Shown here one piece after another: positions 1 through 8,748 of a stretch of DNA of 64,000 bases. How positions within the stretch are numbered: position 1 is the stretch's first letter; the number at the start of each line of letters is the position of its first letter. The translations under genes were made by a program, and so were the position numbers. This DNA comes from a virus, in the IMG/VR virus record IMGVR_UViG_3300035070_003385, positions 118,739 to 182,738 of that record; one strand, written 5' to 3'. The notes beneath the pieces were generated by a model. The model saw nothing but the letters and a program-made list of their open reading frames with translations, made no database searches and was not told where the DNA came from.

Positions 1-122
1 TGACTGGCGAAAAAGATGAATTAGAAGGAACCCTTGTAGGAACCGATTCAGAAACAGGGCGCGCAAAAATAAGAACAGGGGACGGTAAATTGTATATCGT
101 AAAACACGATGAAATCATTTAA
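1..122 (+). CDS. 3' end of a hypothetical protein (partial, starts before the window)
   Basis: Open frame from base 3 (TGEKDELEGTLVGTDSETGRAKIRTGDGKLYIVKHDEII) to TAA at 120-122, overlapping the next start. Confidence 0.5.
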   Translation, partial: TGEKDELEGTLVGTDSETGRAKIRTGDGKLYIVKHDEII

Positions 123-414
123 ACAACATATAAAAAATACTCCAAATTTAAAAGAGCAACATTCAAACTGTGGTACTCAACAGTGTTGTGGTAAATGCAG
201 CACTGCAGTTACAGAAGGCTCAGAAACTTGGGAAGCTGGTTATAAGCGTAGAGTAGTCAAAACTACAAAACCAGAGCACAAAGAAAAAGGTATGAATTGG
301 AGAATTAAAGGTAAAGACCGTCCTGAAATTTCCATTAAATTGTATAAAGAAAAACCTTCCCAGGAAGAATTCAACAAACAAATGAAACGTGTTGCAGGAC
401 ACGAGTTCGGATGA
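109..414 (+). CDS. Hypothetical protein, putative internal head protein
   Basis: N-terminus MKSFKQHI resembles the T4 capsid-targeting sequence; Cys-rich motif HSNCGTQQCCGKC. Confidence 0.6.
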   Translation: MKSFKQHIKNTPNLKEQHSNCGTQQCCGKCSTAVTEGSETWEAGYKRRVVKTTKPEHKEKGMNWRIKGKDRPEISIKLYKEKPSQEEFNKQMKRVAGHEFG

Positions 415-977
415 AAAGATTTAAGCAATACATATCAGAAGAAACAGAAACACTTAATGAAAGCGCACTTAAAGCTTTACGGGTTGCTACTAAAGCCCAT
501 TCAGGACAGACACGTAAAAGCGGTGGTAAATATATTGAGCATCCAAAAGAAGTTGCTCGGTTCGTACAAAAGTTTAAAAAATCAAACAATCTTTCGGCGT
601 TAGTACAGGCGGCTTATCTACACGATACTATTGAAGATACTGATACAACATATGATGATTTGGTTAAACAGTTTGGTGCTCTTATAGCTGATATGGTTCA
701 GGAATTAACAACTGATAAAGCTGCATCTGATGCAATTGGTAAAGGTGAATATATTGCCAATAAGATGGCTAAAATGTCAAGTTGGTCATTAGTTATTAAA
801 CTCGCAGATAGATTAGCAAACGTACAAGACATTGATACACGGCCTGCAGATTTTCAAAAGAAATATGCTGCACAGACTGCGCTTGCTATTAAACGTCTTC
901 GTAGTGATAGATATTTAAGTAAAACACATAATAAAATCATATCAGCTATTGAGAAAAAAATTAAAGAATATGTATAG
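411..977 (+). CDS. RelA/SpoT-type HD hydrolase (small alarmone hydrolase/Mesh1-like) with capsid-targeting-like N-terminus
   Basis: Motifs AHSGQTRKSGGKYIEHP, AAYLHDTIEDT, VQELT and IKLADRLAN are typical of (p)ppGpp hydrolase domains; N-terminus MKRFKQYISE. Confidence 0.85.
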   Translation: MKRFKQYISEETETLNESALKALRVATKAHSGQTRKSGGKYIEHPKEVARFVQKFKKSNNLSALVQAAYLHDTIEDTDTTYDDLVKQFGALIADMVQELTTDKAASDAIGKGEYIANKMAKMSSWSLVIKLADRLANVQDIDTRPADFQKKYAAQTALAIKRLRSDRYLSKTHNKIISAIEKKIKEYV

Positions 978-1263
978 TTTCAAACAATATATTTCCGAAG
1001 GTATCATGGTTAAACTGATTCGTGGTAAAGGCCAGGATACTTTAAAAATGAGAGACACTAAAGAAAAAAGTTGGGTTGAATTACGAGGTAAACCTAATTT
1101 TGAAACTAAATATGATAAAAGAGATCCATTACATAAAGCAATTACAGCATTAGGTAAATCGGCAAATATATCTGATTTTATGAACGGTGATGAAGTCAGT
1201 ATTAATCCAAACCATCCTGACGGTAAAAAGGCATTGGCAGCAATGAAGAAGTTAATGAAATGA
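970..1263 (+). CDS. Hypothetical protein, putative internal head protein
   Basis: Internal ATG at 970 of ORF 949-1263 gives MYSFKQYISE and overlaps the upstream stop. Confidence 0.6.
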   Translation: MYSFKQYISEGIMVKLIRGKGQDTLKMRDTKEKSWVELRGKPNFETKYDKRDPLHKAITALGKSANISDFMNGDEVSINPNHPDGKKALAAMKKLMK

Positions 1264-1568
1264 AAAATTTTAAAAAATTCTTAGAAGAAAAAGATCCTCG
1301 ATTGGCGAAGGCTGGAGTGGATGGTTATAATAAACCAAAAAGAACTCCTAGTCATCCTACTAAAAGTCATATTGTCGTTGCTAAAGACGGTAATAAAATT
1401 AAAACTATTAGATTTGGTGAGCAAGGCGCATCCACTGCCGGTGATCCAAAAAAAGGTGAATCTGATAGAATGAAGGCTAAGAGAAAATCGTTTAAAGCAC
1501 GCCATGCTAAAAATATCGCTAAAGGTAAAATGTCTGGGGCATATTGGGCAGATAAAGAAAAGTGGTAA
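1260..1568 (+). CDS. Basic hypothetical protein, putative internal head protein
   Basis: MKNFKKFLEE N-terminus; Lys-rich; IRFGEQG motif; ATGA overlap with the previous gene. Confidence 0.65.
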   Translation: MKNFKKFLEEKDPRLAKAGVDGYNKPKRTPSHPTKSHIVVAKDGNKIKTIRFGEQGASTAGDPKKGESDRMKAKRKSFKARHAKNIAKGKMSGAYWADKEKW

Positions 1569-1618
1569 TTTAAATTTGATAAATATTAACAGTAATCAGG
1601 AACAAAGGTCTAAAACAA

Positions 1619-1837
1619 ATGAAAAGTTTTAAGCAATTTACACTTAATGAAAAAGTCAAGGTTGAATGCCCTAAATGTGATGGTGCTGGCTGTGATCATT
1701 GTGACGGTAAAGGTTATCACGCCGAACCTGAGCTTAACGAGTTATCCGCCGAAGAAAAAAAACTTGTTAATCAAATGTACGATAAAAAGGGTAACTTAAC
1801 ACCACTTGGTAAAAAAGTTATGAACTATAATAAATAA
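1619..1837 (+). CDS. Small zinc-finger protein, putative internal head protein
   Basis: MKSFKQFTLNE N-terminus; CPKCDGAGCDHCDGKG resembles DnaJ-type CxxCxGxG repeats; GATAAATA upstream. Confidence 0.6.
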   Translation: MKSFKQFTLNEKVKVECPKCDGAGCDHCDGKGYHAEPELNELSAEEKKLVNQMYDKKGNLTPLGKKVMNYNK

Positions 1838-1866
1838 ATTAAACCCAAATAAGGAGAATAAAAACA

Positions 1867-2181
1867 ATGGCACTTTGGGGAAAAACAGACGCATTAGCTT
1901 CAGTACCAACATGGTTGGAAGATGCTGCAGCTAACACAAACAAATCAAATGATCGTGATAACGCGATATTTGTTGACACAGGAGAAGCTGGTGTCGCAGG
2001 AAACCGCGCAAAAGGTATTAAAACGCCAGGTTGGAATATTTATTATACTTACACAGATCAAAACGGCGCTACACGCCATAAAAACGAAGCACTTATACCA
2101 ATGAAAGTTTCAGCCGGTGATGCTGGTGATTTAGGTGTTGCTGGTACTGGTGATGACTCTGTTGTAGCTGACCCAGCTTAA
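1867..2181 (+). CDS. Probable virion structural protein (MALWG-type N-terminus)
   Basis: Strong SD (AAGGAG); AATAAATA late-like motif at 1829-1836; N-terminus recalls T4-like marine phage structural proteins. Confidence 0.55.
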   Translation: MALWGKTDALASVPTWLEDAAANTNKSNDRDNAIFVDTGEAGVAGNRAKGIKTPGWNIYYTYTDQNGATRHKNEALIPMKVSAGDAGDLGVAGTGDDSVVADPA

Positions 2182-2198
2182 TTAAAGAAATATACATT

Positions 2199-2573
2199 AT
2201 GAAATTGACAGAATCAACCTTTCTATTATATGCTGCAAAATACTATGAAAATCCGCATTGCTCGGATATATCTGAGTTTGAAGAAGATCTAAAAAGATTG
2301 CAATACTTAAGAAAACTTTTTAGTAGATTTAAACAAACTGGAGAACTTAAAGAAAGGTTGATTCTAAATCATTTGATTATTTTATATAATTGTTTTGGCA
2401 CTGAAACAACAAATATATTGTTTATGAAGTTAGAGGAATACCACGAGTATTTGAAGCCTTTTGTGGCATACTTAAATTTTATGCCAGAATTTATTGAATA
2501 TGAAGATGAAAAAATTCATAATCGTCATTTTAGATCAAATGAATTTATAGAAGAAATTTTAAGGAAAATATAA
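2199..2573 (+). CDS. Conserved T4-like hypothetical protein
   Basis: LTESTFLLYAAKYYENPHC...EFEEDLKR...LILNHLIIL pattern recalled from T4-like phages. Confidence 0.65.
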   Translation: MKLTESTFLLYAAKYYENPHCSDISEFEEDLKRLQYLRKLFSRFKQTGELKERLILNHLIILYNCFGTETTNILFMKLEEYHEYLKPFVAYLNFMPEFIEYEDEKIHNRHFRSNEFIEEILRKI

Positions 2574-2574
2574 A

Positions 2575-3636
2575 GTGGTAGTAGATCTATTCTTAGTTTA
2601 TCAATTTATCCGTAGATTAGCTACGCCATTTGAAAAGTGGCCTGCTTACGAAGCAGGGGTTATAGATAAAAAAGGAAATATACTCAAAGGAAAAAACCAA
2701 AGAAATTTAAAATCTGAAAAAGATTCATTTGGTATTTTTGATTTGATGATATTAAAAATCAAAAAGCTTTTAGCTAAACTACCAGGCGGATCATCAAATT
2801 TTGCTTCCTATGCCGCAGCGCTGTTTCTCATAAAAGAATGGAAACATTTTACTAATGATAGCATGCTTAATGAATCTATTTCTGAAGAGAATATTGACCA
2901 GTCACTGGATTTGTTTTTTAGTAGATATAATCATTATAACACACTTTCAGAAAATGTCAATAGTTTTTTAGATGAAAAACTTAAAAAATCAGATGATATG
3001 GGTACATGGATTAAAGATTTTTATGACTCAGATGCTCCTCAATTCAAAGGTAAATCAAAAGCAAAACGCCGGCAAATGGCCGTTGCTGCAAAACTTGACG
3101 CTATGGATGAAGCACGAAAACTACAACCTCCTAAATGGAAAAAGGCTGGACCCAATGGAGAAAAAGAAATTACTTTTCCGACTGGCCGTCGCTTTAAGAT
3201 AGAAAAACAATATGATGAAAATATTCGTCATAAGGGTGAGTGGAAAGTAATGGAATGGGATCCTCGCTCTCGTGATTGGGAATGGCATGAAACATTTAGT
3301 CCACAATGGTATGCGAAAGAAAAAGTAATGGAACTAGGTAAATATGATTCCAAAGGTAAAAAAGTTACTGAGTCAGCAATTAATATGCGTACTTTAAAAC
3401 TTATCAATAAAATTAAAAAGTCCGGTGTTGTAAAATCCGGTTCTATGTCAAAAAATGTAAACACAAAACCGACGATGAAAGAAGAACCAACAAATAGCGT
3501 TGGATCTGGCGCTGTTGCTGGTTTAGGCGTTGGTCCACAGGGAGAGCCAGGATTGACTCCTGCTCAAATGAAAAAGTATAAAAAGAAAAACAAAGGTCCA
3601 AAAAGACTAAGGGATATTATAGGAGCGAATACATGA
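2575..3636 (+). CDS. Conserved T4-like protein with appended basic modules, probable head protein
   Basis: N-terminal VDLFLVYQFIRRLATPFEKWPAY domain followed by Lys-rich modules bounded by LDE/MDE/VTE. Confidence 0.6.
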   Translation: MVVDLFLVYQFIRRLATPFEKWPAYEAGVIDKKGNILKGKNQRNLKSEKDSFGIFDLMILKIKKLLAKLPGGSSNFASYAAALFLIKEWKHFTNDSMLNESISEENIDQSLDLFFSRYNHYNTLSENVNSFLDEKLKKSDDMGTWIKDFYDSDAPQFKGKSKAKRRQMAVAAKLDAMDEARKLQPPKWKKAGPNGEKEITFPTGRRFKIEKQYDENIRHKGEWKVMEWDPRSRDWEWHETFSPQWYAKEKVMELGKYDSKGKKVTESAINMRTLKLINKIKKSGVVKSGSMSKNVNTKPTMKEEPTNSVGSGAVAGLGVGPQGEPGLTPAQMKKYKKKNKGPKRLRDIIGANT

Positions 3637-4493
3637 TTACTCTTGAACAATTTAGCGCAATGATACCAAGAAATAAAGAACCTGAAGCCTGGTATGAAAA
3701 TGTTGTTGACATGTTTAAAAAATATGATATAATAACACCATTACGTATTGCTGGTTTTATGGCACAATGTGGTCATGAATCAGCTGACTTTACTGCACTC
3801 GAAGAAAATTTAAATTATAGCGAAAAAGCTTTGAATGGTGTATTTGGTAGGTATTTTGGAAAAGATAAAAGAAACGCAGCTGATTATGCTCGTAAACCTG
3901 AAAAGATTGCTAACTATGTGTACCAAGATGAATTCCGTTCTAAACGCGGGGCAATGGGTAATACAGAAGACGGTGATGGTTGGAGATTCCGCGGTAGAGG
4001 AATTAAACAGTTAACCGGGCGCAACAACTATACTGCATTTGGCAAATCTGTTGGAATGTCAGCAGAAGAAGCGGCTGAATACGTAGCAACGAAAAAGGGT
4101 GCTCTTGAGTCAGCTTGCTGGTTTTGGGCCACAAACAAAATTGATAGATATGCAGACAATGACGATATTGTAGGAATGACAAAACGTATTAACGGCGGTA
4201 CAATTGGTTTAGACGACCGTAAATCACGATATGCAAGGGCAAAAAGTATTTTAGGTGGTGAAAGTATTCCAACGCCAAAGAAAACTTCAAGCAGCTCCTC
4301 GTCTAATAAAAGAACACTGCGCAAAGGCATGAAAGGCGACGATGTTGCTAAAATGCAAAAAGCTCTCGGTGTTACTGCAGACGGCGATTTTGGGTTTGGT
4401 ACTTTGGGTGTAGTAAAAAAATGGCAGCGATCAAACGGATTAACTCCAGACGGTATAGTTGGTCCAAAGACTCAAGCAAAAATGTTTAGATGA
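3633..4493 (+). CDS. Endolysin: glycoside hydrolase family 19 with C-terminal peptidoglycan-binding domain
   Basis: AGFMAQCGHES, FRGRGIKQLTGRNNY and INGGTIGLDDR motifs; C-terminal LQKAL..ADGDFG..T/PDGIVGPKT PG-binding pattern. Confidence 0.9.
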   Translation: MITLEQFSAMIPRNKEPEAWYENVVDMFKKYDIITPLRIAGFMAQCGHESADFTALEENLNYSEKALNGVFGRYFGKDKRNAADYARKPEKIANYVYQDEFRSKRGAMGNTEDGDGWRFRGRGIKQLTGRNNYTAFGKSVGMSAEEAAEYVATKKGALESACWFWATNKIDRYADNDDIVGMTKRINGGTIGLDDRKSRYARAKSILGGESIPTPKKTSSSSSSNKRTLRKGMKGDDVAKMQKALGVTADGDFGFGTLGVVKKWQRSNGLTPDGIVGPKTQAKMFR

Positions 4494-4538
4494 TAAATAA
4501 TAAATAAGTTAAACCACAAACGAATAAGGAGACAGTAA

Positions 4539-4883
4539 ATGTCAATTAGAGATATTATAGAGCACTCGGTTAATAAAAATCCTCTCGCTATGAAAGAAGC
4601 ATTGGACGAAGAAATGCGTAATCGTATTGCTATAGCAATCCAAGAAAAAATGATGGCAGAAAAAAATGATGAAATGTTGGAAGCATCTGATGATGATGAA
4701 GACGACGAAGATGAAGATGATGCCGATGACAATGATGATGACGAAGACGAAATGGCGTCTGAAATGAAAAATCTCCATGCTTCTTCATGTGGCAAAACAG
4801 AAATGTATGCCAAAATGAAAGAAAAATATGGTTGTGATAAAGCAACATTTGAAGGTTTATACGCTTCTTACTGCAATAGTTAA
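4539..4883 (+). CDS. gp67-like prohead core protein
   Basis: Helical N-terminus (IIEHSVNKNPLAMKEALDEEMRNRIAIAIQEK) followed by a long Asp/Glu tract, the architecture of T4 gp67. Confidence 0.5.
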   Translation: MSIRDIIEHSVNKNPLAMKEALDEEMRNRIAIAIQEKMMAEKNDEMLEASDDDEDDEDEDDADDNDDDEDEMASEMKNLHASSCGKTEMYAKMKEKYGCDKATFEGLYASYCNS

Positions 4884-4892
4884 AAAGTTCAT

Positions 4893-5342
4893 ATGGCAAA
4901 ATTATATCTTTTAATCATATTAGCTAGCATTATCGGTGGCTTAGGTTACGCTGCTAAAAGCTACTATGAATGGTCAGAAGAAACCATTGGAACACTTCGT
5001 GAAAATAACGTTAAATTAGCATCTGCAGCCGAAACTCTACAAAATACAGTAGATCAAATGGTTGCAGATGCTGAACGCAACGAAGAGCTGAATCAAAATC
5101 TTACAATACAGTTAGCAGCATCACGTGAATATTTAAACACTTTACGAAATAAATTTGCGCGTATTGATTTAACTATGGAAGCCTTACAGGATCCTACAAA
5201 CTTAGAGGAAAGGGTACAGCGTGCAGTTGACAGACTTATCAGTGACATCGCTGAAGACACTACCGCTCCTGGTGATATCACTGATGCTCCTGACGGGGTG
5301 TCTGGGGAGAACGCCGGAACCGACAGTAGTAGTTCAGACTGA
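4893..5342 (+). CDS. Inner-membrane spanin (Rz/PseT.3-like)
   Basis: N-terminal TM helix, then coiled coil; 3' end overlaps a lipoprotein gene; lies near the endolysin. Confidence 0.7.
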   Translation: MAKLYLLIILASIIGGLGYAAKSYYEWSEETIGTLRENNVKLASAAETLQNTVDQMVADAERNEELNQNLTIQLAASREYLNTLRNKFARIDLTMEALQDPTNLEERVQRAVDRLISDIAEDTTAPGDITDAPDGVSGENAGTDSSSSD

Positions 5343-5601
5343 ATATCAAAAACAAAATATTCCAATTCAAGCAAGACCTCCTAAGGTAGAGTTTCCACCA
5401 GTTGAGTGGAGTGTTATTACCGAAGATAACATTGACGTAAAAATGGAAGAGCTGAAAGGTTCAACTGGCAATTTCGTCGTGTTTGCTGTAGGACCTAAAG
5501 GTTACGAAAATCTTGCTATTGGTATTGGTGAATTACGTCGATATATTAATGAACAAAAAGCTATAATTGTTTACTATGAAGATGCTTTAAAGAATAAATA
5601 A
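5221..5601 (+). CDS. Outer-membrane spanin lipoprotein (Rz1/PseT.2-like)
   Basis: Signal peptide with lipobox LLTGC, Pro-rich segment, overlap with the i-spanin. Confidence 0.7.
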   Translation: MQLTDLSVTSLKTLPLLVISLMLLTGCLGRTPEPTVVVQTEYQKQNIPIQARPPKVEFPPVEWSVITEDNIDVKMEELKGSTGNFVVFAVGPKGYENLAIGIGELRRYINEQKAIIVYYEDALKNK

Positions 5602-5631
5602 ATTTTATAAACTTCATTATGTTAAATATTG

Positions 5632-5654
5632 GGAGGTGTAATACCTCCTTTTTT
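5632..5654 (+). terminator. Rho-independent terminator
   Basis: GGAGGT-GTAAT-ACCTCC followed by a T tract. Confidence 0.7.
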
Positions 5655-5681
5655 AATTTAAAAACAAAGAAGTAAACACAA

Positions 5682-6149
5682 ATGGCCAATGAAGAATTAA
5701 ATACACTAAAAACAGATGTTGCTGTTATAAAAAAAGATATAAAACAAATAGATCGTGTATTCAATAAAGTTGATGGCGCAATCGAAGACATGTCTGAACT
5801 TCATAAAATCGCGGCAGTGCAAGATACGATATTAGAAAATACCGAAAGAAGACTCGTAAGTCTAGAAAACAATTTCGTAAAACACGGTGATGATGAACTT
5901 GCGTTTAGGAAAGATCTAAATAAATCTTTAAATGAAATGAAAGAAGAGGCACAAATCCAAAGAGAGCGTCGACATAAAGAAGTTTTAGAAACGCTCAACT
6001 CAATGAACTCGTCAGTAAAAAAACGCCTTGAAATACAAGATGAAAGAGTACGAGCATTGGAAAATTGGAGATGGTGGATCCTAGGTGCGTCAGCAGGACT
6101 TGTTTTCGTTTTAACAAAATATAATATGTTAATGTCTTTTTTTAGTTGA
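5682..6149 (+). CDS. Coiled-coil protein with C-terminal TM helix (XhlA/holin-like candidate)
   Basis: Heptad pattern; ERVRALENWRWWILGASAGLVFVL ending; next to the spanins. Confidence 0.45.
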   Translation: MANEELNTLKTDVAVIKKDIKQIDRVFNKVDGAIEDMSELHKIAAVQDTILENTERRLVSLENNFVKHGDDELAFRKDLNKSLNEMKEEAQIQRERRHKEVLETLNSMNSSVKKRLEIQDERVRALENWRWWILGASAGLVFVLTKYNMLMSFFS

Positions 6150-6174
6150 CATTTTATAATATTGGTGTTATATT
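6146..6174 (+). promoter_or_regulatory. Sigma70-type promoter upstream of primase
   Basis: TTGACA-N17-TATATT. Confidence 0.7.
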
Positions 6175-6209
6175 GAATAGTAACCATATAAATCAACTTG
6201 TGAGGCGAA

Positions 6210-7223
6210 ATGGTAGATTTCGTAGACCTTCATTATGCAACTTTGTTATCAAACAGGCTCGAACGCTTTCGAGTTAGATCTACAAACCCATATAAAATAA
6301 ATTTTAGATGCCCAGCGTGTGGTGATTCGCAAACATCACGAACAAAGGCTAGAGGATGGTTGTTAGAAAAAGATAACACGTTTCATTTTTATTGTCATAA
6401 TTGTGGAGCAAGCCAATCTTTTTCATATTTCCTAAAAAGCGTTGATAACCTAGTTTATAACGATTACATATCTGAAAAGTTTGTAAAAAAAGTAAGTGAA
6501 AAACAACCAGAAAAAACGGCAATAGAAAAAACAAAATTTGAAAAACCAGTATTTAATACAAATCCATTAAAAAAACTTAAAAAGATAAGTCAATTGGATG
6601 TTAACCATCCTTTAAAAAAATATATAATGAAGCGTGGCATTCCACCTGAGCATCATTATCGAATGTTTTACGCACAAAAATTTAAAACATGGATCAATAG
6701 TGTCATTCCAAATAAATTTGAAAATGTTGGAAAAGATGAGCCTCGTTTAGTAATACCATTCGTGGATAAAAAAGGTAAAGTCTTTGGAGTTTCAGCAAGA
6801 GGTTTCGACCCAAAGGGAATGCGCTATATTACAATTATGTTTGACGATCGCCCAAAGATTTTTGGCCTTGATAAAGTTGATTTTAATAAAAAATATTTTG
6901 TAGTTGAAGGAGCACTTGACAGCATGTTTCTTTCAAACGCAGTAGCGATGGCCGGTGCAGAAGGTAGTACTGCCGCGCTACAAAATATAACTAATGCGAC
7001 GTTTGTATTCGATGCCGAGCCAAGAAACAAAGAAATTCACAAACGAATGGAAAAAATAATTCGTAACGGTAATAAAATTTGTATTTGGCCGTCTGATGTT
7101 CCAGCAAAAGATATTAACGAAATGGTATTGGCTGGTGCAAATAACGTTGAAGAAATCATTTGTAATAATACATATACTAGCTTAGAAGCTAATTTAAAAT
7201 TAATGGCATGGAGAAAAGCATGA
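6210..7223 (+). CDS. gp61: DNA primase
   Basis: Zn finger NFRCPACGDS...YCHNCG; TOPRIM VVEGALDSMF and FDAEPRN; KDINEM. Confidence 0.93.
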   Translation: MVDFVDLHYATLLSNRLERFRVRSTNPYKINFRCPACGDSQTSRTKARGWLLEKDNTFHFYCHNCGASQSFSYFLKSVDNLVYNDYISEKFVKKVSEKQPEKTAIEKTKFEKPVFNTNPLKKLKKISQLDVNHPLKKYIMKRGIPPEHHYRMFYAQKFKTWINSVIPNKFENVGKDEPRLVIPFVDKKGKVFGVSARGFDPKGMRYITIMFDDRPKIFGLDKVDFNKKYFVVEGALDSMFLSNAVAMAGAEGSTAALQNITNATFVFDAEPRNKEIHKRMEKIIRNGNKICIWPSDVPAKDINEMVLAGANNVEEIICNNTYTSLEANLKLMAWRKA

Positions 7224-7693
7224 TACGGGCAATATTAGCATGTGATGATGATTGGGGTATAGGTAAAGGTGGTCAACTTCCTTGGCCTAATAACAAAGCT
7301 GACTTAAAATGGTTTAAAGAAACGACACTAAACGGGACAGTTATTATGGGTCGAAAAACGTGGGATAGTTTACCATTCAAACCGTTGCCAAACAGAAAAA
7401 ATATTGTAGTTTCTAATACTATGAAACACCAGGAAGGTATTGAAGTAATTCGTTCTGATATTTTTAATTCGAGAATGAGCATTCTTAGTAAAGAAAATAA
7501 TGTGTGGATGATTGGCGGTTGCCATTTAATAGAAAATAACTTACCTATTATTGATGAATTTTGGTTGAGCCGCATCAATGGTGTATATGATTGTGAAATA
7601 TTTTTGCCTAAAACGTTAATTGAATTAACGTACGAATTATATAGTAGTGAGCGTGAAGGTGAAGTATATGTAGACAAATGGAAAAAGATATAA
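7208..7693 (+). CDS. frd: Dihydrofolate reductase (likely start 7220)
   Basis: GIGKGGQLPW, DLKWFKETT, VIMGRKTWDSLP, PLPNRKNIVVS, IGG motifs. Confidence 0.93.
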   Translation: MEKSMIRAILACDDDWGIGKGGQLPWPNNKADLKWFKETTLNGTVIMGRKTWDSLPFKPLPNRKNIVVSNTMKHQEGIEVIRSDIFNSRMSILSKENNVWMIGGCHLIENNLPIIDEFWLSRINGVYDCEIFLPKTLIELTYELYSSEREGEVYVDKWKKI

Positions 7694-8583
7694 TGCATCA
7701 ATATAAAAAACTAATTAATGATATTATCGCAAATGGCGAAAACGTAAGTGATAGAACTGGTGTAGGAACACGCTCTATCTTTGGTTATCAAATGAAGTTT
7801 GATCTCGGTGAAGGCTTTCCTGCAGTCACCATAAAAAAGCTTGCGTGGAAAGCAGTTGTTGGGGAACTGCTGTGGTTTCTTGAAGGTGGTACTGATGAAC
7901 GTCGTTTAGCCGAACTTACATTTGGTAAAGACCGTGAAGATTTGGTTAAAAAGAAAACCATTTGGACAGCAAATGCTGATAAGCAAGGCGTGGAGCTTGG
8001 GCATTATAATGACGAATACATCAAGGATCTTGGTCCAGTATATGGATCCCAGTGGAGAAAGTTTTCTTATTATCAGGATGATCCAAGAGGTGTAGACCAA
8101 GTACTAAGTGTAATTAAACAAATTAAACAAACGCCTGATTCTCGACGCATTATTATGTCGGCCTGGAACCCTATGGTATTGAATACAATGGCTTTACCTC
8201 CTTGTCACGTTATGGCACAATTCGTAGTACGCAATGGAAAACTACATTGTCAAATGTATCAAAGGTCTGCAGACGTAGGTCTCGGGGTTCCATTTAATAT
8301 TGCATCATATGCACTACTTACTCATATTATTGCAAGAGAATGTAAGCTTGATGTTGGTACATATGTACATACGATTGGCGATGCTCATATCTATAACGAC
8401 CATTCATATAGTTTGGTGGAAATATTAGAAAGAGAACCATATCCGCTTCCAACTCTTGAAATAGACGAGTCTTTCGATTTAATTGAACGTCTTTCAGTTG
8501 GTTTTAAAAAGGAAGATTCTTCTTTATTTAAACTAATTAACTATAATCACCATTCAGAAATTAAAATGAATATGGCGGTGTAA
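7678..8583 (+). CDS. td: Thymidylate synthase ThyA (likely start 7693)
   Basis: DRTGVGT, LGPVYGSQWR, MALPPCH, YQRSADVGLGVPFNIASY, GDAHIY. Confidence 0.95.
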   Translation: MEKDIMHQYKKLINDIIANGENVSDRTGVGTRSIFGYQMKFDLGEGFPAVTIKKLAWKAVVGELLWFLEGGTDERRLAELTFGKDREDLVKKKTIWTANADKQGVELGHYNDEYIKDLGPVYGSQWRKFSYYQDDPRGVDQVLSVIKQIKQTPDSRRIIMSAWNPMVLNTMALPPCHVMAQFVVRNGKLHCQMYQRSADVGLGVPFNIASYALLTHIIARECKLDVGTYVHTIGDAHIYNDHSYSLVEILEREPYPLPTLEIDESFDLIERLSVGFKKEDSSLFKLINYNHHSEIKMNMAV

Positions 8584-8748
8584 AAAATTAAAAATATGTG
8601 AAACAATTAAAGCATATTGCGTGTAATACTAATAAATATAACATGTTGTTGACATTACCTGTCTAAAAATTCAAAAAATAAAAAATAAAAATAAAAACCG
8701 TATTGCGGAATACGTTTTCTTTACTTAATCAACAAAAAAGGTACTTGT

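Noticed and set aside
8630-8655. ATAACATGTTGT palindrome upstream of nrdB as a possible NrdR box
   Set aside because: Only a partial match, single copy, in very AT-rich DNA; cannot be supported without a PWM scan
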